Origin: Phoronis australis | Lineage: Eukaryota; Animalia; Phoronida | Reading direction: 5' to 3' | Length of the DNA: 52,586 nucleotides | NCBI GenBank assembly: GCA_002633005.1 | Contig: NMRA01000971.1 | Span: 32,433-85,018, forward strand | Shown here: positions 37,337 to 51,014 of the stretch, one piece after another | How the letters are laid out: every line of letters starts with the position of its first letter | Numbering within the stretch: the stretch's first letter is position 1 | The notes under the pieces: generated by a model | The model's input: only the letters and a program-made list of their open reading frames with translations | What the model was told of the DNA's origin: nothing | The model's database searches: none | Translations under genes and position numbers: made by a program

Positions 37337-38328
37337 CATAGGCGGATTTAGGGGGGCCCGCTCCCCCCCTTGGCTGCCGCAAAAAAAAATGAAACAGCAA
37401 GAGCGTAGCGGGAAATGTTGAGTTTATTAATTTGCCCAGATAATTAAAATTATACGAATGAAAATATTTCAATGTGTGCAGTTTTAGTGTTTGGGGGGCT
37501 CAGATCTAATTTCAAGTGTCAAATTCGGAACACGGCGCACTCGTAACGTAACTATGGCTAAGTGTAGTCTCTCCCGCAATATCCCAGACGAGCGGTAGTG
37601 GCGCTGCACACTACTACTCCGTTTCTGTCGTCTGCTTCACTGTGCAATGAAGAAAATTTACTTCATTTTTTAAAGAAAATGGAACCTGAGTGACTATGAA
37701 AAAACAGAAGCTGCTGGTAAGATGTGAATTTTAATCTAAGCCTTAGTGAATCACTCAGAAACTCATTAATTCTCTCTTTGTCAAACCTTAACTTAAGATG
37801 ATTTCCAAAGCAATCCCGTCATTATTGCCAACACGAAAAATGGATTTGGTGTTTTGGGCATTTGATGACTATTTTAAATACAACAAATTTGTTAAGAACC
37901 GATTGCACAAAATATAAAACGTGTAATAAGCGTTACAAAAAGAAGTAGGTTTGGCGCGCAAACGCTGTGGACCATAAACAAGTAGGTCTCTTAGTATAAG
38001 TTTAGTAGTGAAATCGTGGTGGTGTAGTGGTAAAGCACGCGCGTTCTATCAGGCAGATCGTGAGTTCAAATCTGTGGAACTCGAAGTTTTTCCTGTGTAA
38101 CACGTTCCCCGTGGTTTTTTTTTTGCCTTTTTTTCTTGGATATTACTTCCGAAATCAAGGAAAATGCTTGATTTTTAGAGGAAAAAACAGAGAAATTTCC
38201 TGGGCAAACCCCCCTCCCGACCTCCCCCCATTCGGTGCTATGTGCATCTATAATCGTGGTTTGCGCAAATGCTTACGGCCGGACAAAATGTTGGGCCCCC
38301 CCCTTGTGATATCCTAGATCCGCCACTG
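37337..38328 (-). mobile_element. hAT5-like MITE, copy 2
   Basis: CATAGGCGGATTT...ATCCGCCACTG; TSD CTTAC (37332-37336, 38329-38333); empty site GAATGCTTACACACCCT in MITE copy 2 at ~30770. Confidence 0.88.
38013..38075 (+). pseudogene. tRNA-derived sequence in hAT5-like copy 2
   Basis: TGGTGTAGTGG A box, loop TTCTATC, GAGTTCAAATC B box; homologous to 2951-3018. Confidence 0.6.
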
Positions 38329-40855
38329 CTTACACACCCTTACACCGAAAAATAACAGTCAGATAGTTACGTACGTATCCAGCTACACGGCGACTAATAT
38401 GGGCCTTACCGAGACAAATGTCGAGCGTTTTTAGCACAAGACCGGCAAGTGCTGAATGAAACACGCTCTGATTTAGGCCTACTGCTTGTGCAAATTTCTT
38501 TAGATACAATGCACATCTAGCTAGTTAGATTGCGTGGCTCTGGCCAAAAGACGATCTCTGTTTTGGCAAATGAACTCTGGTGACACGCACGCGCTCGCTT
38601 ACTCGCAGACGAACTTCAAAACAAACGTCACGTGATAACAACATGTGTGTTCGTCCAGACATTTTACTCGCCGTGTTGCCAATCATACATGTAGATGTCA
38701 CGATGTTGCACAGATTTGTACTTAAACCTGCCATTAATCCAGAGTCCAGGAACTTAAAAAATCTTAGAGACGCTACATATAAAACTTAATGAGGATTTCA
38801 GGTAATTGGCTCGAGTCGAAACCATTTTTATTCAAGCAGTGAAGTCGCCATATCGAAGATGGCGATTTCGAGGCATTCAGTTGGCGAGTTTTCGCCCTGG
38901 GATTTCATCACAATTTTCTGTAAAATGATCGTAATTTAGCAGCAAAGTTTGATAGCAATGCACCACAGTTTTGTTCAAAGTCTTTCATTGATTACATATA
39001 CGTCACAGAGCGTAATTTTGATGAATCTTAGCTTCCGATTTCACCCATTTCGGAGACGGGGTTTCAACCGCCTTGGGTCATAATAAGTGCCCCTCCTGAA
39101 CCGAACTTTTCTAAGCGCCCTGGGTGGTTATTACGGCGAATACGGTAATGACTTTGACTGGGGGTAAGTCTAGTGAACCAGTACAATGGGAATCTGGGGA
39201 AAAAATAGTTCGTACAGGTATCTGCGTCGGTAAAATTAATTTCTAATCAAAGCGCCAGTTACTCAGGTAATCGGCACCCGCGGTTTGTTGTACACCTTAT
39301 TTATGCAGTCTCCATTTTAAAAATGAGCCCCTTTTTAGGTTTTAAAAACAAAGCATTCTGCGCTTAATCACAGCACAAAGCGTGATTTTTTCGTGTGCCT
39401 CGTTACGTCTCATAATGTCCTATATCAGTCATAGAAAGATGAGAGTGAAAATTGCCTCCGCAGTCACTGACTGGTTAAATATTGCTAAGGGTGACCTGAT
39501 TGCAAATACGACTCGAGCCGAGACTTTGGTCATCTTGTATCGTAACAATTGTGACCTGGAATTTCCCACGTAAGCGAGCCCAGTTTTTGGCCTGTCGAAC
39601 ATATCGTGCGAATCCGGCCGTTATTTGGTTGTTGCCAAATCAAGATGAATGCAAACAGAGAACGGCCCTCTTCATTGAGTTGTGAACATGTCGCTGGATA
39701 ATTCAGAAACGATCTTTGACGCGTTTTGTTGACTAGTGCTTTTGGCTACTTTTGCAAGTTTCTGGATACGCCGAAGAAAATTTCAGACCACGGCATAGAT
39801 ATGTGATAAAATGTCACAGCAACGATTCATTCTTTAACGATCAACTTACCAACTGTTTGATGGTAAAAACTTTTTTTCATATAATATGTTCTGATTATTC
39901 TATTACAATATTCCCGAGAATATCGCACTGCGGCACTCAGGTCGGTCCCGTTGTTTGTGCGCAATGTCCCGGCAGACGATCGCTACTTGGAAATGCGTCT
40001 TGTTTTTTATGGCAAGACAGCAGACAAATTCCTAAGCCCTTCTTTCTGGAACTGAGCACCTGCGTAAGTATGAGTCGCCCGTCACTCACATATGTTACTT
40101 CCATATGTAACATGTTCTCCTGCGATTCAAGTGCGGGAACTTACGTGCGCACCACTCCAAAGCCGCACATCAAAAGAAAACAGCGATAGTCCTAACGAAA
40201 TTAGTATACTGGCTTTACTATGCACGTTTAAGCTGCCACTGCTTTACGATTTCTCTGGCCCAATGCTTCTCAGAACCATGGTGTTCTATTCCTATGTTTC
40301 CATGTCTCGATATTTCCTATGCACCGGCCGATGTTCCATGCTCGTAGCCAGCTGTTAGCTATCTTTTTATTCATCTCTTCATACACCCCCTCCCCCCCAC
40401 TATCGCCAATTTTCACTCCCCAGGTCGTCACTCGACAACGCCGTAGATTTTTCAGACTCAAATAAAAGGTGAACTGTTGCGGCTGAAGCTGGCCAATGTA
40501 GAAACAAAATTATTCGGGGTGGAATTTGCCGCAAGAAATCGTAATAACATCTAATTTTTTATTACCGTACTGAAACATTCACGGACAGTATGCATCTACC
40601 GCTTTGGATTTAAGGAATACAATAATCGCCTACTGCTCTACTAACCGTTCTCTTCAAGTTTTGCGAAATTTCAATTAAACACCGGGCCCACAACATTCCA
40701 CTTCAGCGAATTCTGATCCACCCTGAATATTTTCATGCTTGTGCTTACAGTTATCAAAAATATAATAATATTTCTAAAGAACCGCCAGCGACATTGGTGA
40801 AATCTGGTAATGCCTGTTTGACTGACAATAAGCGAAAAACAAAATGTGAATTCCA

Positions 40856-41018
40856 TTTTTATGCGCCCACATATTTATATGTGGTCGCAAAGTGCCGTCA
40901 TCTCTGTCTGGGCGTCCGGTGTCCGCAGCTGTATCTCCTAACCCCTCACAGGATCTTGATGAGATTTGGGAGATGTGTTCCTTTGATGCTGACGACGGAC
41001 GACAACGAGTTTCGGATC
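40856..41018 (+). mobile_element. Head of the second HINE-like family
   Basis: Matches 31841-32015 (GCCCACATATTTAT.TGTGGTCGCA...GGCGTCCGGTGTCCGC...TGTATCTCC). Confidence 0.7.
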
Positions 41019-44000
41019 CATAGACATCTTAATACTATAGACCGGGCGCATGTGCTACTGCAACTGACAACTTGACGCCATATTGGAGAGTGTTACTAGT
41101 CACGTGACACGGCGAATTGCCGTATAAACAAACGGGGTAAATAGCTCTTTTCAAAGCGCGATATCTAACAAATAAAGAGGCGGAAGAGTGTGATTTTTTC
41201 CAGAAACATAAATAACATGTGATGTCGCACTAACATGCATTTTTTAAGTGTCGATAGGGAACCTATCAAACTAATAGAAAATCGCAACCAGTGGCAGATT
41301 CTCGAATTGTCTTGATTGGCTGCACTCTTAAATTGTTATCCACTGTGAGCGTTTTATTTTTTCCGTTATTTCAAGAGAAACCAGTAAGATTGTGCAAATT
41401 TATCATTTAATTCGTGTCACTCGATGCAAATATATTATATCCAGGAGACGTGCTGCTCACTTGGGACGTACTTTTGTTGTGCCCCAATAAGCCTTAGTTT
41501 TCAGTATTGAAAATGACCCCGGGTAACTACGTTAAATTAAAATACGACCCAGGTTGCATTTAATGGGAGGGTCTAAATTTAATGGGAACTACTGTGAAAA
41601 ATGTCCTCATTGGAGTCATATAGATAAATGACGGGTTTTTAAAGTTCATTAGGGCTTTCTCCCATTCGGTGACTTTACCAGATTAACTGGACCCACTGAT
41701 GATAGTCTATGTTAAAATAAACTGATATCAAAAGGCCAAAATTGGCAATTTTCGGCCACCCCATGTTAAACACAAAATTTTGTCTAATTTTCTTCAAACT
41801 CCTACATTTCAATCTTGATTATACTGACATCTGTTGGGTATATCAGCAATTAACCACACATGAAAGGCTTGGTTGAAAATTATCGTTTTCTCACATGCAC
41901 TTTCGGGTTTTCAGCGGCGATTCCACTGATCGAAGCGACAAAATAAGCCGAAACTTTGGCCATACCATGTTAAACATAATTTTTTTTCCAATTTTGCTGA
42001 AACTTGGCCACGTTTTTAATGAACTACTCTATGTTATGTACTATCGGCAAATGTGATTGGTTCATAATTAAGACCCCCACGCTGTGTTTTCTGCGAATCC
42101 CATGTATCCTGGAGGGGGCTGACAGTGATTTTCGCGCATGCGCAGTTCACAGTTTCAATATTGCTGGTAATGCTTCATGTAGAGAACTTGCTATGGTGCC
42201 AAATGGTATAATATAAGTATTTAATAAGTTTAAAGTAAAAGGAATAATTTCCACTTAGCCAGAAACATTTGTATACACTGCTAGCCAGCAGAGCCGGACT
42301 GCATAGTGGCCTGCCGTGCACGGATATCGTGCTCCACGGGGCAAGATGAAAACATCAATTAGCTCCCCGGCCCTGAATGAGTGAAATTCTTTTGAGAAAG
42401 TGATTAAAAAAATACTGCGTTATGCTTCTAACCCTGCAATATTTTCCCATCGCCGACATTTCACTGACTAAAATTCACTACACTCCCCCCGCCCCAGTTT
42501 GCGGCACGGAACTTTTATATTTAGACAACAGGTATATATTGTAAGTTTGTTTTTGTGAGGTTTGAAAACATATTTCCCTGTTAATTGAAAAACAAAGCCA
42601 ATTTAGCAAGTGGTTATTTTCCCCGGCGAAGAGTCATGGCCACTACAAATATGTTATAACTTAACTTTTATTGCAGCTCAGCCCTGTCAGGTTACAAATG
42701 ATCTTACTGAAGATTAGAGCAATTATGGAACAAAAGAGAGCTGGCCCTCCAACCATAAATGCCAGAATGGAGTTAATCAGTCGTGTAAGGTATTGGCTGC
42801 AAGGGTGGTCTTCCCAACTTGTTGATAGGCTATAGAATTGAACAAGTTCGGAGCAACGGGAAAACGCTGTAATGATGACCGGTACTTAGCCGGTTGTGTC
42901 CTGGCAACAAAATCAAGCACAACGATGTGGGGCTCACTGTTTTGAGATAAATTTGTTTTTGTTTGTCGAAACATCGCCATTTGTGGATTTTTTTTCTATT
43001 TTACATTTTTAACGGCTAGTAAAGCCGGTGCCGATTTGCTGCCAATTACGCACTGCGCTCACACGTCCAGGTTAAGTCACCTCGACACAGTAATTGCTCA
43101 CGTTATTGCGATAAAGATAAGACATACGTTGATCAGGAAACTTTTTCCCTCTAAATTATTACCTTAAAGGGTACTGTTGCTGAAATTTGACGTACCCTGG
43201 TGATGAGTCGGGGTTGATCTCAGTAGTCGAGCGTTGGCTATACGGAGACTTTGCTACGGTATTTCATAAACTTATGATTAAGCATTAAATACCATTCATC
43301 ATATGCAAAGAACAGGTAAAATTTGGACAATAAATAATCAGGTTTGTATAAAAAGTATCAAAATATGATTCAAAAACAACCAAAGTAACAAGGCATTTAC
43401 CCTGACGGTGATGTCAATACGTTTTCAAGGGCAACGTGACTGGCATTCAGGAATCGTTCCTGAACTGACACGCAGGAACTCGGGTCACGGATATAGACGG
43501 GAGTTTATGTCGATGATTTTCCACTCTCGGCCGAGGTACAAAATTGTGCTAAAAAGGCTTTTAATTTGATAACAGAAAGGATGTGAACATTATGCTATGT
43601 TACGTATTACTTAATTTGGTATCTATTTTTAAGTTTTTGAGCTACCATGCCCTTTGAGATAAGTACTTTAACCTTGGTGCAAGAGAGCTCAAACATTTCA
43701 TGTAGAATACAAAATACTCTAGTTAATAGAATGTTGTTTGGGAGTCATAAAGATACAACATGAACATTTTATGGTATACTGCACGACAAACTAGGTACAT
43801 GATTTTTGCTTTTCACAAAATCTGTTTCAACTTGACACTGAACAACATCATTTGGCTGATTGGGGCGCCCGAGGAGGAAGGTAAGTAGGCTGTAGGTTCA
43901 CAGAAACACAACAGTCCCATCACCACTGCTTATTAATTAGCTGATAGTCCAAATACCAAGCGCGACACTGGTGATTACGAGAAAGTCTGAGAAAATGCAG

Positions 44001-44416
44001 TTTATTTGCACAGTGAAACCACGATCAAGCATGGCAAATGTTTGAGTCCGTACAGTGATTACGACTGCCATAAAAACGTGGGAGATATAAATAAACCATC
44101 CACATTTGATAACTGTAGACTGCGACATTAGTCAGTACATTACACCAATGGCAGTTCTAAATGAGGGTTTAATAATCACCATTACTTGGTGAACTTCCAG
44201 ATTTACATTCAGCCCCCTATCATGCAGAAAAGCGCACTGTTCGAAATGTGAGAATTGCAGCCAGTGCCGCTAGAATCCACATGTCCGAAATTTTAACAAT
44301 ATTTTAATGCCAAATTTGACCATGTTCCAAATTTCAAAATCAAAAAATTCAGTTTGGGGTTGGATTTAGGTGTCCGAAACTCTGGAGACTGTCCAAAATT
44401 CACGAATTTTTACCGT

Positions 44417-44890
44417 AACAACGATTTTTGGATGGCGCTGACTACTGTGGTGCTTCCTAGTGGCAGTTTGTCTTTGTTGCTTTGGTGGCTGTCTCCATTT
44501 TCCACTGCATCTATGGAGTTATTTTTATGAAATAGGTTTCTAATAATTGAGGCGATGACAGTTTTTTGCGTTCAAATAGATGGATTTAGCGAAGTGTAGG
44601 CCTCCTTATGGCGGTTTTTATTATGTTTTAGTCTGCTTTCCAGACCTCCAGCCAAAGCACTCTAAGAATAATTATGAAAATGGGTAAATGTGTTCCTAGT
44701 AGGAAGAGCATTGTTGACGACTTTGGACAGTTTGACTACTGTGGCGCCCCCTAATGGCAGTTTGATTTTTTCGCATCCGTAGCTGTTTCTTCCTGCTTGA
44801 TTTTTATGAAATTTGACAAGTGTATTTCTAGGACCGTGACAACAGATGACGATGCTTGGAGGTATCTGACTACCACTTTGCCCCCAGTGC
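44417..44890 (+). repeat. Internal ~150-bp repeats of the second HINE-like family
   Basis: GACTACTGTGG.GC..CCTA.TGGCAGTTT units as in 32000-33600; probably the continuation of 40856-41018 after ~3.4 kb of inserted DNA. Confidence 0.7.
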
Positions 44891-44908
44891 CAGTTGACTT
44901 GGCATAAT

Positions 44909-46458
44909 TGTGACCCACCATGACAAAATGAGTTGAGTCAGAAACTCTATTTCCTGACAAGACTGCAAACAGTTGCTATCGGTTAAAATTAGGTCAAGTT
45001 TTTTTATTGCAGATTATGATTATTTATTCATTCTACTTCACAAAACAATACTTTAAAACAAGCAAACTCATTTTAAACCTTATTTATTTCATTTTGAAAA
45101 ACATCACCTTCTCCATGACTGCATATCTCGTAAAATTTTCATCAAAATTTGCCGGTTTTGGTGTCCTCATTGCTCAGTCACCCGATGACCCAATTCGCTC
45201 GTAAACACACCAACAGAAAGGTCAAACACTGCTCATTATGAAGGAATAAGCTCTGTGAGTTATTCGTCCAATCATCAGTCGTAACTTCCCTTTTTGCATT
45301 CGGGGTATATTCAACTGAAGGGCCACTCACCAGTCTTTAAGCTAGCAACGACCTTTTAACCCAATACATCGCTGACCTCATTCGCTAGAACTAGTTAAGT
45401 GGGCGTGAAACTGTGGGGTCGCGAGGTCACGGCATGTTTACAAGACAGTAAGATGGCTGGTCGCTGTGTAGCTGATATCTCAGTCATTAACTCTTGCCTC
45501 TGACTGCCGTATCAAGATCAGCGAGAATTAACAGAACTCATCAAAGAGCACATTTGTGGATGGATACAAGGAGGAATTTCGTGACAGCGACGAGTCGTTT
45601 GACGGCAGCAACTCGTCGCCAGATGATTTTCATGATCGACCCATCGCGAATACGGTTACATTGGATTGGAACAAACAGAACTTGAAGAAAACAGTCCGGA
45701 TTAGCTTAATCGCAGAACAGTATCTTGTACCTGCAAAGCCAGTGGATCAGTGTGCATGCAGCTGAATGTTACTGCAAGAGAGAACAATCTTTGATAGGGC
45801 TGAATCACTCGGTGAGAAGTCGAGGAAATCGTTGCTCTTCAGTCAGTGACAGTGGACTTGGATAGGGTTGAGTGACTCATTTTTTTTCAAAATTATTCAC
45901 ACTAGCGTAAAATTTTGAATTATTTTGAACAAAAGTCAGCCACGAACTTGTATTGTGTAATCTACAGGACTTCATTTTATTAAAGTTCTCCAAAATACAC
46001 TTTAACTACTTGTTTTACTTGTGGTAACCCCTCCTGCCACAAGTGGACTGACCCTGTATACATTAGCTGGGAAATTTATTGACCCAGTTGCAGCAACCCA
46101 ACATGAATATCACTCCTTTTTGGCTGAGATTACATAATAAGGTCTATATTTTTTCTAATTACTTTTATTTGTTTATGTTGTATATACTAATAAGTATGAA
46201 ATGTAGCCATTCAACTGCATGGTGCTATGGAATTTTAAAGACACTATCGGCACTTTTTCTCGGCCATTTTGCTTGACTTTTGAAAGCTCTAAATTTTTGC
46301 TTTCCCCGACTAGAATTGGCAATAACTCGGTCATTTGTGAAGATAAGGACATGTTTTATACCTCAAAATGATCAGAAAATACTGTATTTTCAGAAAAAAT
46401 GACAATTAAAAAAATGACAAATCCCGACTTAAGACTCATTTTGTGGTGGTGGGTCACG
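44909..46458. mobile_element. Unclassified 1.5-kb TIR element
   Basis: 25-bp TIR TGTGACCCACCATGACAAAATGAGT / ACTCATTTTGTGGTGGTGGGTCACG; no clear TSD; short acidic ORF remnant inside (45556-45765). Confidence 0.65.
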
Positions 46459-46731
46459 TGTTCCTATTGAGAAGATTGCTGACTTGCTATTTTGAATGTA
46501 CTAGCCTAATGTTCCATTTAATGTAAATGTTTAAAATAGTTAGTCATCTTTGAGTATCTGCGGCATATGCAATGCTCATAGTGGGCACAAAAACCAAGTT
46601 AGGCCAGCCTTAAGAATATCTTTGTTTGCCCTCCCCGAAACTACTTTTAACATCTCAGGAGGTAAGTAAACAATTTTTTACCATTTCCCGCATCAGTTTT
46701 TCCATCATGTCCATGAATGCTTAAAAAATGT

Positions 46732-46938
46732 TTTATGATCTAGATATGTCCCGAATAATAAAAGATGTGCATCACAAGCTGAGATGAAAAGGAGACTGAG
46801 GTAGGTGATAAAAGGTCATTTATTATGACGAATTTAAGTACAATAGACAGAGAATACAAATTACACGGTAAGCAAACTAAAAACTTATAATCTGGTAAAA
46901 TGACTACGAAAAGCGGTACAGGAGATGTAAGACTGCTT
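46732..46938 (-). mobile_element. Solo B repeat plus short leader of the Ngaro-like family
   Basis: TTTATGATC...GAGATGAAAAGGAGACTGAGGTAGGTGATAAAAGGTCATTTATTATGAC...GAGATGTAAGAC; reverse match to 8565-8770. Confidence 0.75.
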
Positions 46939-47115
46939 AGACGTGTTTTATTCTTGCCTCCAAGGGCACCAAGTGATCATAAATATGGTGCTTAATAGGT
47001 AAAGAGTAAATAGTTAACACTTTTATTCCAACCAATGACATTCAAGCAACAAATGCTTTGTTTCACTATTGTTTCTCTCCAGAACAGCAACACATAATGT
47101 CTTAACTAAGTATTT

Positions 47116-48150
47116 TCATCGTTTGTTGGGAGTTTTGGAAAAACTCTTATTGTGCTTCTCCTGACATGAAGGGCAAACAGGCGTATTAGCTTTTTGTTTT
47201 GCATTGTTGGCTGTTGCGTCTTTTGTACCACAATAAGCACAGATGTCTTGGCACCCAAATTTGGAGGAATAGTATGTTTTCTCTATGCGGCTGTCACAGG
47301 TCAGCTCAAGACGGACATCAACTTTGTCATGTAAAGGATTTCCTGCAAAGTACCAAACATGAAGCAAGCTAGAGTCTTTATACTTAGAGTTTACTACAAA
47401 GAGGAAATTGCGCTCAAAGCGGTTTCAAGCTTTCTTGGACAACATGTTATGTGCAACTAACTTTCAACTATCTATTTGCATAAAACATACCTTTTGGCGG
47501 GAAATCTATGCCACACTCATATCTACAAGTCTTCAACATATCCTGGAACTGCTTTTCCTCTTCAGTGTTTAACTTGAGTTGTGAGTACAAGCATCTCACC
47601 TTAGGACACTTAGTACACTTCACGATTCCTCGCACCTTGCTAGCTACATAAATTGACGTGGTGTTTTCAGAACTCTGGAAGAACAAAAAAATTATTACAT
47701 AACAAGTATGAATAATACGTAAATAAGTGGCAAATTTGTTTTAAGGGCATTTGCTCCATGAATTAATTTTGAAGAAAAAAATTTGTGAAAAGGCAAGCAC
47801 ACAAATGTTGTTTCAGTGGCTTTGTTGGAGAAATGTTTATTTCTAATTAATAACATATTAAGAACCCTACCTGCTTTTTTCCTGCAGGGGCTGGATTTTT
47901 TATGGGCAATCCGTCCTTTTTAGTTGTCTCACTCCCAATCGCAGCACTGAATGACTTGCTGGTGTGGTCAAGTACAAGATCTGGCACAGAGAAACATAGT
48001 GGAATAGCTTTGTTATTAGATTCTCTCAAGCAGTTGTCTTCTTTGGCCGTCACCATCTTTCAATCTCTTGGCTTTCGAGCATTTGCAGATATTTATGCCA
48101 GCAATAAACGTCACGAAATATAATGTATTGTAACTACGTGTGATGCGGAA
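47116..48150 (-). pseudogene. Spliced C-terminal Cys-rich region of a probable DNA transposase (Zator-like)
   Basis: Exons ~48150-47871, 47674-47491 and 47342-47116 with GT-AG introns in compatible phase; peptide VRGIVKCTKCPKVRCLYS...YECG...LTCDSRIEKTYYS...CAYCG...PVCPSC; TTA-GGCC terminus-like site at 46599-46605. Zator assignment is from memory of the motif. Confidence 0.6.
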
Positions 48151-48296
48151 ATTTTGAAAGTTAAAGCTTCGTGAGCTTTTGTTTATATAATAGAAAAAAA
48201 TCTCATCAAACACCTGAATTGAAATAGGTCAAAATGTCATCGCCTGATGAGATAACGCTATCTGATGGTTAGCCAGAGTACCACCAGAACCGAGTA

Positions 48297-48875
48297 CCGC
48301 ATTCGCCGTAATAACCGCCGTGGGCGCTTAGAAAGGTTCGTTTCAGGGGGGGCGCTTATTATAACCCAAGGCCGTTGAAACCCGGTCTCCGAAACGGGTG
48401 AAATCGGACGCTAAGATTCATCATATTTATGCTCTTTGACGTATCTGTAATCTATAAAAAACTTTCTATAAAACCGTGGTACATTGCTATCAAACTTTGC
48501 TGCTAAATTACGATCTCTTTACAGAAAATTTTCCTGAACCCCAGGGCGAAAACTCGCCCACTGACTGCCTCGCAATCGCCGAAATGGCGACTTGAATGCT
48601 TGAATAAAAATACAGTTTTGACTTGAGCAAATTACCCGAAATCCTCCTCAAGTTTTCCAAGTAGCGTCCCTAAGACTTTTATAAGTTCCCATGTAGTCGG
48701 GATCACGGCACGTTTAAGTACAAAGTCTGTGCTACATCGTGCCATCTACATGTACGATCGGCAACATGAGAAAAATGTCTGGACGAACACACAGGTTATT
48801 GTCACGTGACATTTGTTTTGAAGTTTGTCTACGTTTGTGAGTAAGCGAGCGCGTGCGTTTCACCAGAGTTCATTT
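48297..48875 (+). mobile_element. Truncated left part of the Tc2-like MITE
   Basis: TA-CCGCATTCGCCGTAATAACCGCC; matches 28618-29200 then stops. Confidence 0.85.
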
Positions 48876-51014
48876 CGGTTCTGGTGGTACTCTGTGGTAC
48901 CCGCTCATTCAAAACCTTTACGACAAACGGATGGCGCTTCTCATCAATCACGTGTCATTTTATCGCTAAGGATCTCAAATAAGACTGTCTGTCAGAGAAT
49001 CTTGACCAAGCACCTTGACCTACATTCGGCAGCTGCTGACTGTAGCCACAGGTCACGAGAGTTCAGGAAGCAGAAAGTGCATGTCCTGATGAGTGGCGAA
49101 TTTGTGTGGAAAAGAAATCTTCATGTCCGACATTCCATGTTTAAAACCCCTTTTGTAAGAACTATTTATAACATATAATTAAGATGAAAGTGTTCAAATA
49201 ATCTGCGCTGTTGTGGTTGCTCGGCCTAAACGCTTGGGTAAAATATATATTCAATGAATGTGACCATGGTGAAGTGACATATAAGTTGGTCAAATAAACC
49301 GATTTTTGCTCTTCAATCGTCTAGTTTTTGAGCGAACTTATTGGTCAGTACTTGAACGTTCACCCGATAAACTCCATTTAATAAATCATTTCACCATGCC
49401 AAAATTAATCCTTTCTGTCAAAAATTCATAAAGAGCTTTGATAATTCACTTTTAGCTGTTACCAGGAAGAGATAACCAGGAAGGGACAACTAGCTAAACC
49501 GCCGTTTTTGGCCTCCTTCCTCGGTCTAATTTCAGGACTTAAGTTTCGTTTAAAAGGAAACAGATGATTTTATCAGAGAGATTAAAGCTTTTTCTATAGA
49601 AGGATATCAAAAAACTCACTTTGCAACCTTAAACAGTGGTGTAATTGTACTTTAAAAATATCGACTTCAGAGCACTCAATCGCAACTTCCCACACGCAGT
49701 CACGGGTATTTAAGCTTTTCCGTCGATGTATAGATGGCGCAGTAGTCAAGTACTCCCTCATTTGCATATCAAATTTGCATGTGGGAGTTCTGAGACTCTC
49801 GTCAGTTGTTGGTCGAGCGCTTGAGTGGATAAAGCGGTGACCTCCCACTGAGAGCACGCGCTGATGAAGATACCACTCGATCGCTTCGCAATCAGGAGGT
49901 GAAAACACTCTCATGACCGCAGTTCTGAATTCCAGCTAAGCAAGCCCTATTTCGAGGAGCGGACTTTGAATTGTTTTCGTCCCCTGACAGTGGATTGCAG
50001 AGATTAGAATGAGGTCAACATCAAACTTTCTGCGGCTACATGTCGTGTTGACAAAAGTTTGAAGTGTCAGAACCATAGACGGAGCGTGCGGGATGTCATG
50101 ATTCCTGTTCTTCAGTTGACGAAAACATTGCTATTGGCATAAAGAATGGCCGTGGGAAATTAATTTTGAGGTGGACACCTGTATCCAAGAATAAATATTA
50201 ATACTCTGTAATATCTCATCATCCGTGTTTCGTTTCTTTTGACGCTGTTTGAGGTTGCGGTATCGTGAAACAACACTGTCGGGTGAGAGAAGTTGCACCG
50301 AATAATTGGAATTGGCTGCAGTTCTTCCTTTAGAATGCCCGGACTCAACTGTGTCGTTTTCTTGGCAAGTCTCTTGCCTGCCGAAATTTTTCTGAGCATT
50401 GAAGACATCGGCCTTCTCTTGCGCCAATCAACCTTTTATCTGCTCAGGCTACAAAAACGTTATGCCTAATTTTCTACCATTTTAGCACACTTTGTGGTTC
50501 TGCTACAGTTAGCACTGCCATAATCGTATTTCTTAATTCCGCCACAGTATGCATACTTGGAAGTTAGTTTTGCTAGGTGTTGTTCATCATTAAATGCCTC
50601 AAATTCCTTGACGCCATGGACATTTCCGTCAACACAAAACGCACCCTTGCCATTCTTAAAAATTCGTATATATGTGCTATAATTGCTTCAAAGGACCGGC
50701 AGTAACCGTGGCTGGAATGTTGGTAGCTTCGCGACTAAGTATACAACTAACTCGTGTTGAAATTCTCCATACTTCCAAATTCTTGTTTGCAGGTGCTGGT
50801 AATTGCCTTCAGTGGTTTTCATAATGAGAGACTAGAAATGCGAGTTGTCACTGCCTTACATTTTCACTGGCCACCTTGCTACAGTCGACTTGCGCAATAG
50901 CCGAATTCAAGTTAGTGTCCACATCTGTGGTCACGTGCCGGATTCAGGCCCATGAGACAAGTTGCAGCAACAAATTCAGTACGAATCTATAAACCCTTTT
51001 ACACGCACAATTAA

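Larger units (their letters stand above)
36741..39145 (-). mobile_element. 1.4-kb Tc2/pogo-like MITE, copy 3, containing a hAT5-like insertion
   Basis: TA-CCGTATTCGCCGTAATAACC...GGTTATTACGGCGAATACGG-TA; empty site with a single TA at ~10210. Confidence 0.92.
35800..40855 (+). repeat. Composite host repeat copy containing nested MITEs
   Basis: Blocks align in reverse and in collinear order with 11000-11600, 10140-10290 and 1600-3830. Confidence 0.8.

Noticed and set aside
41019-41711. CATAGAC...GTCTATG TIR element
   Set aside because: Only 7 bp of inverted match and no TSD.
48245-48270. Hammerhead ribozyme (CTGATGA followed by a GATA/TATC stem)
   Set aside because: The stem is followed by TGAT rather than the required GAAA, and I find no stem I/III.
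49086-49102. Minimal hammerhead core CTGATGAGTGGCGAAT
   Set aside because: GAAT instead of GAAA and no supporting flanking helices.
49200-50950. Short minus-strand ORFs as a gene
   Set aside because: No recognisable motif or consistent splice structure; cannot be supported from sequence alone.
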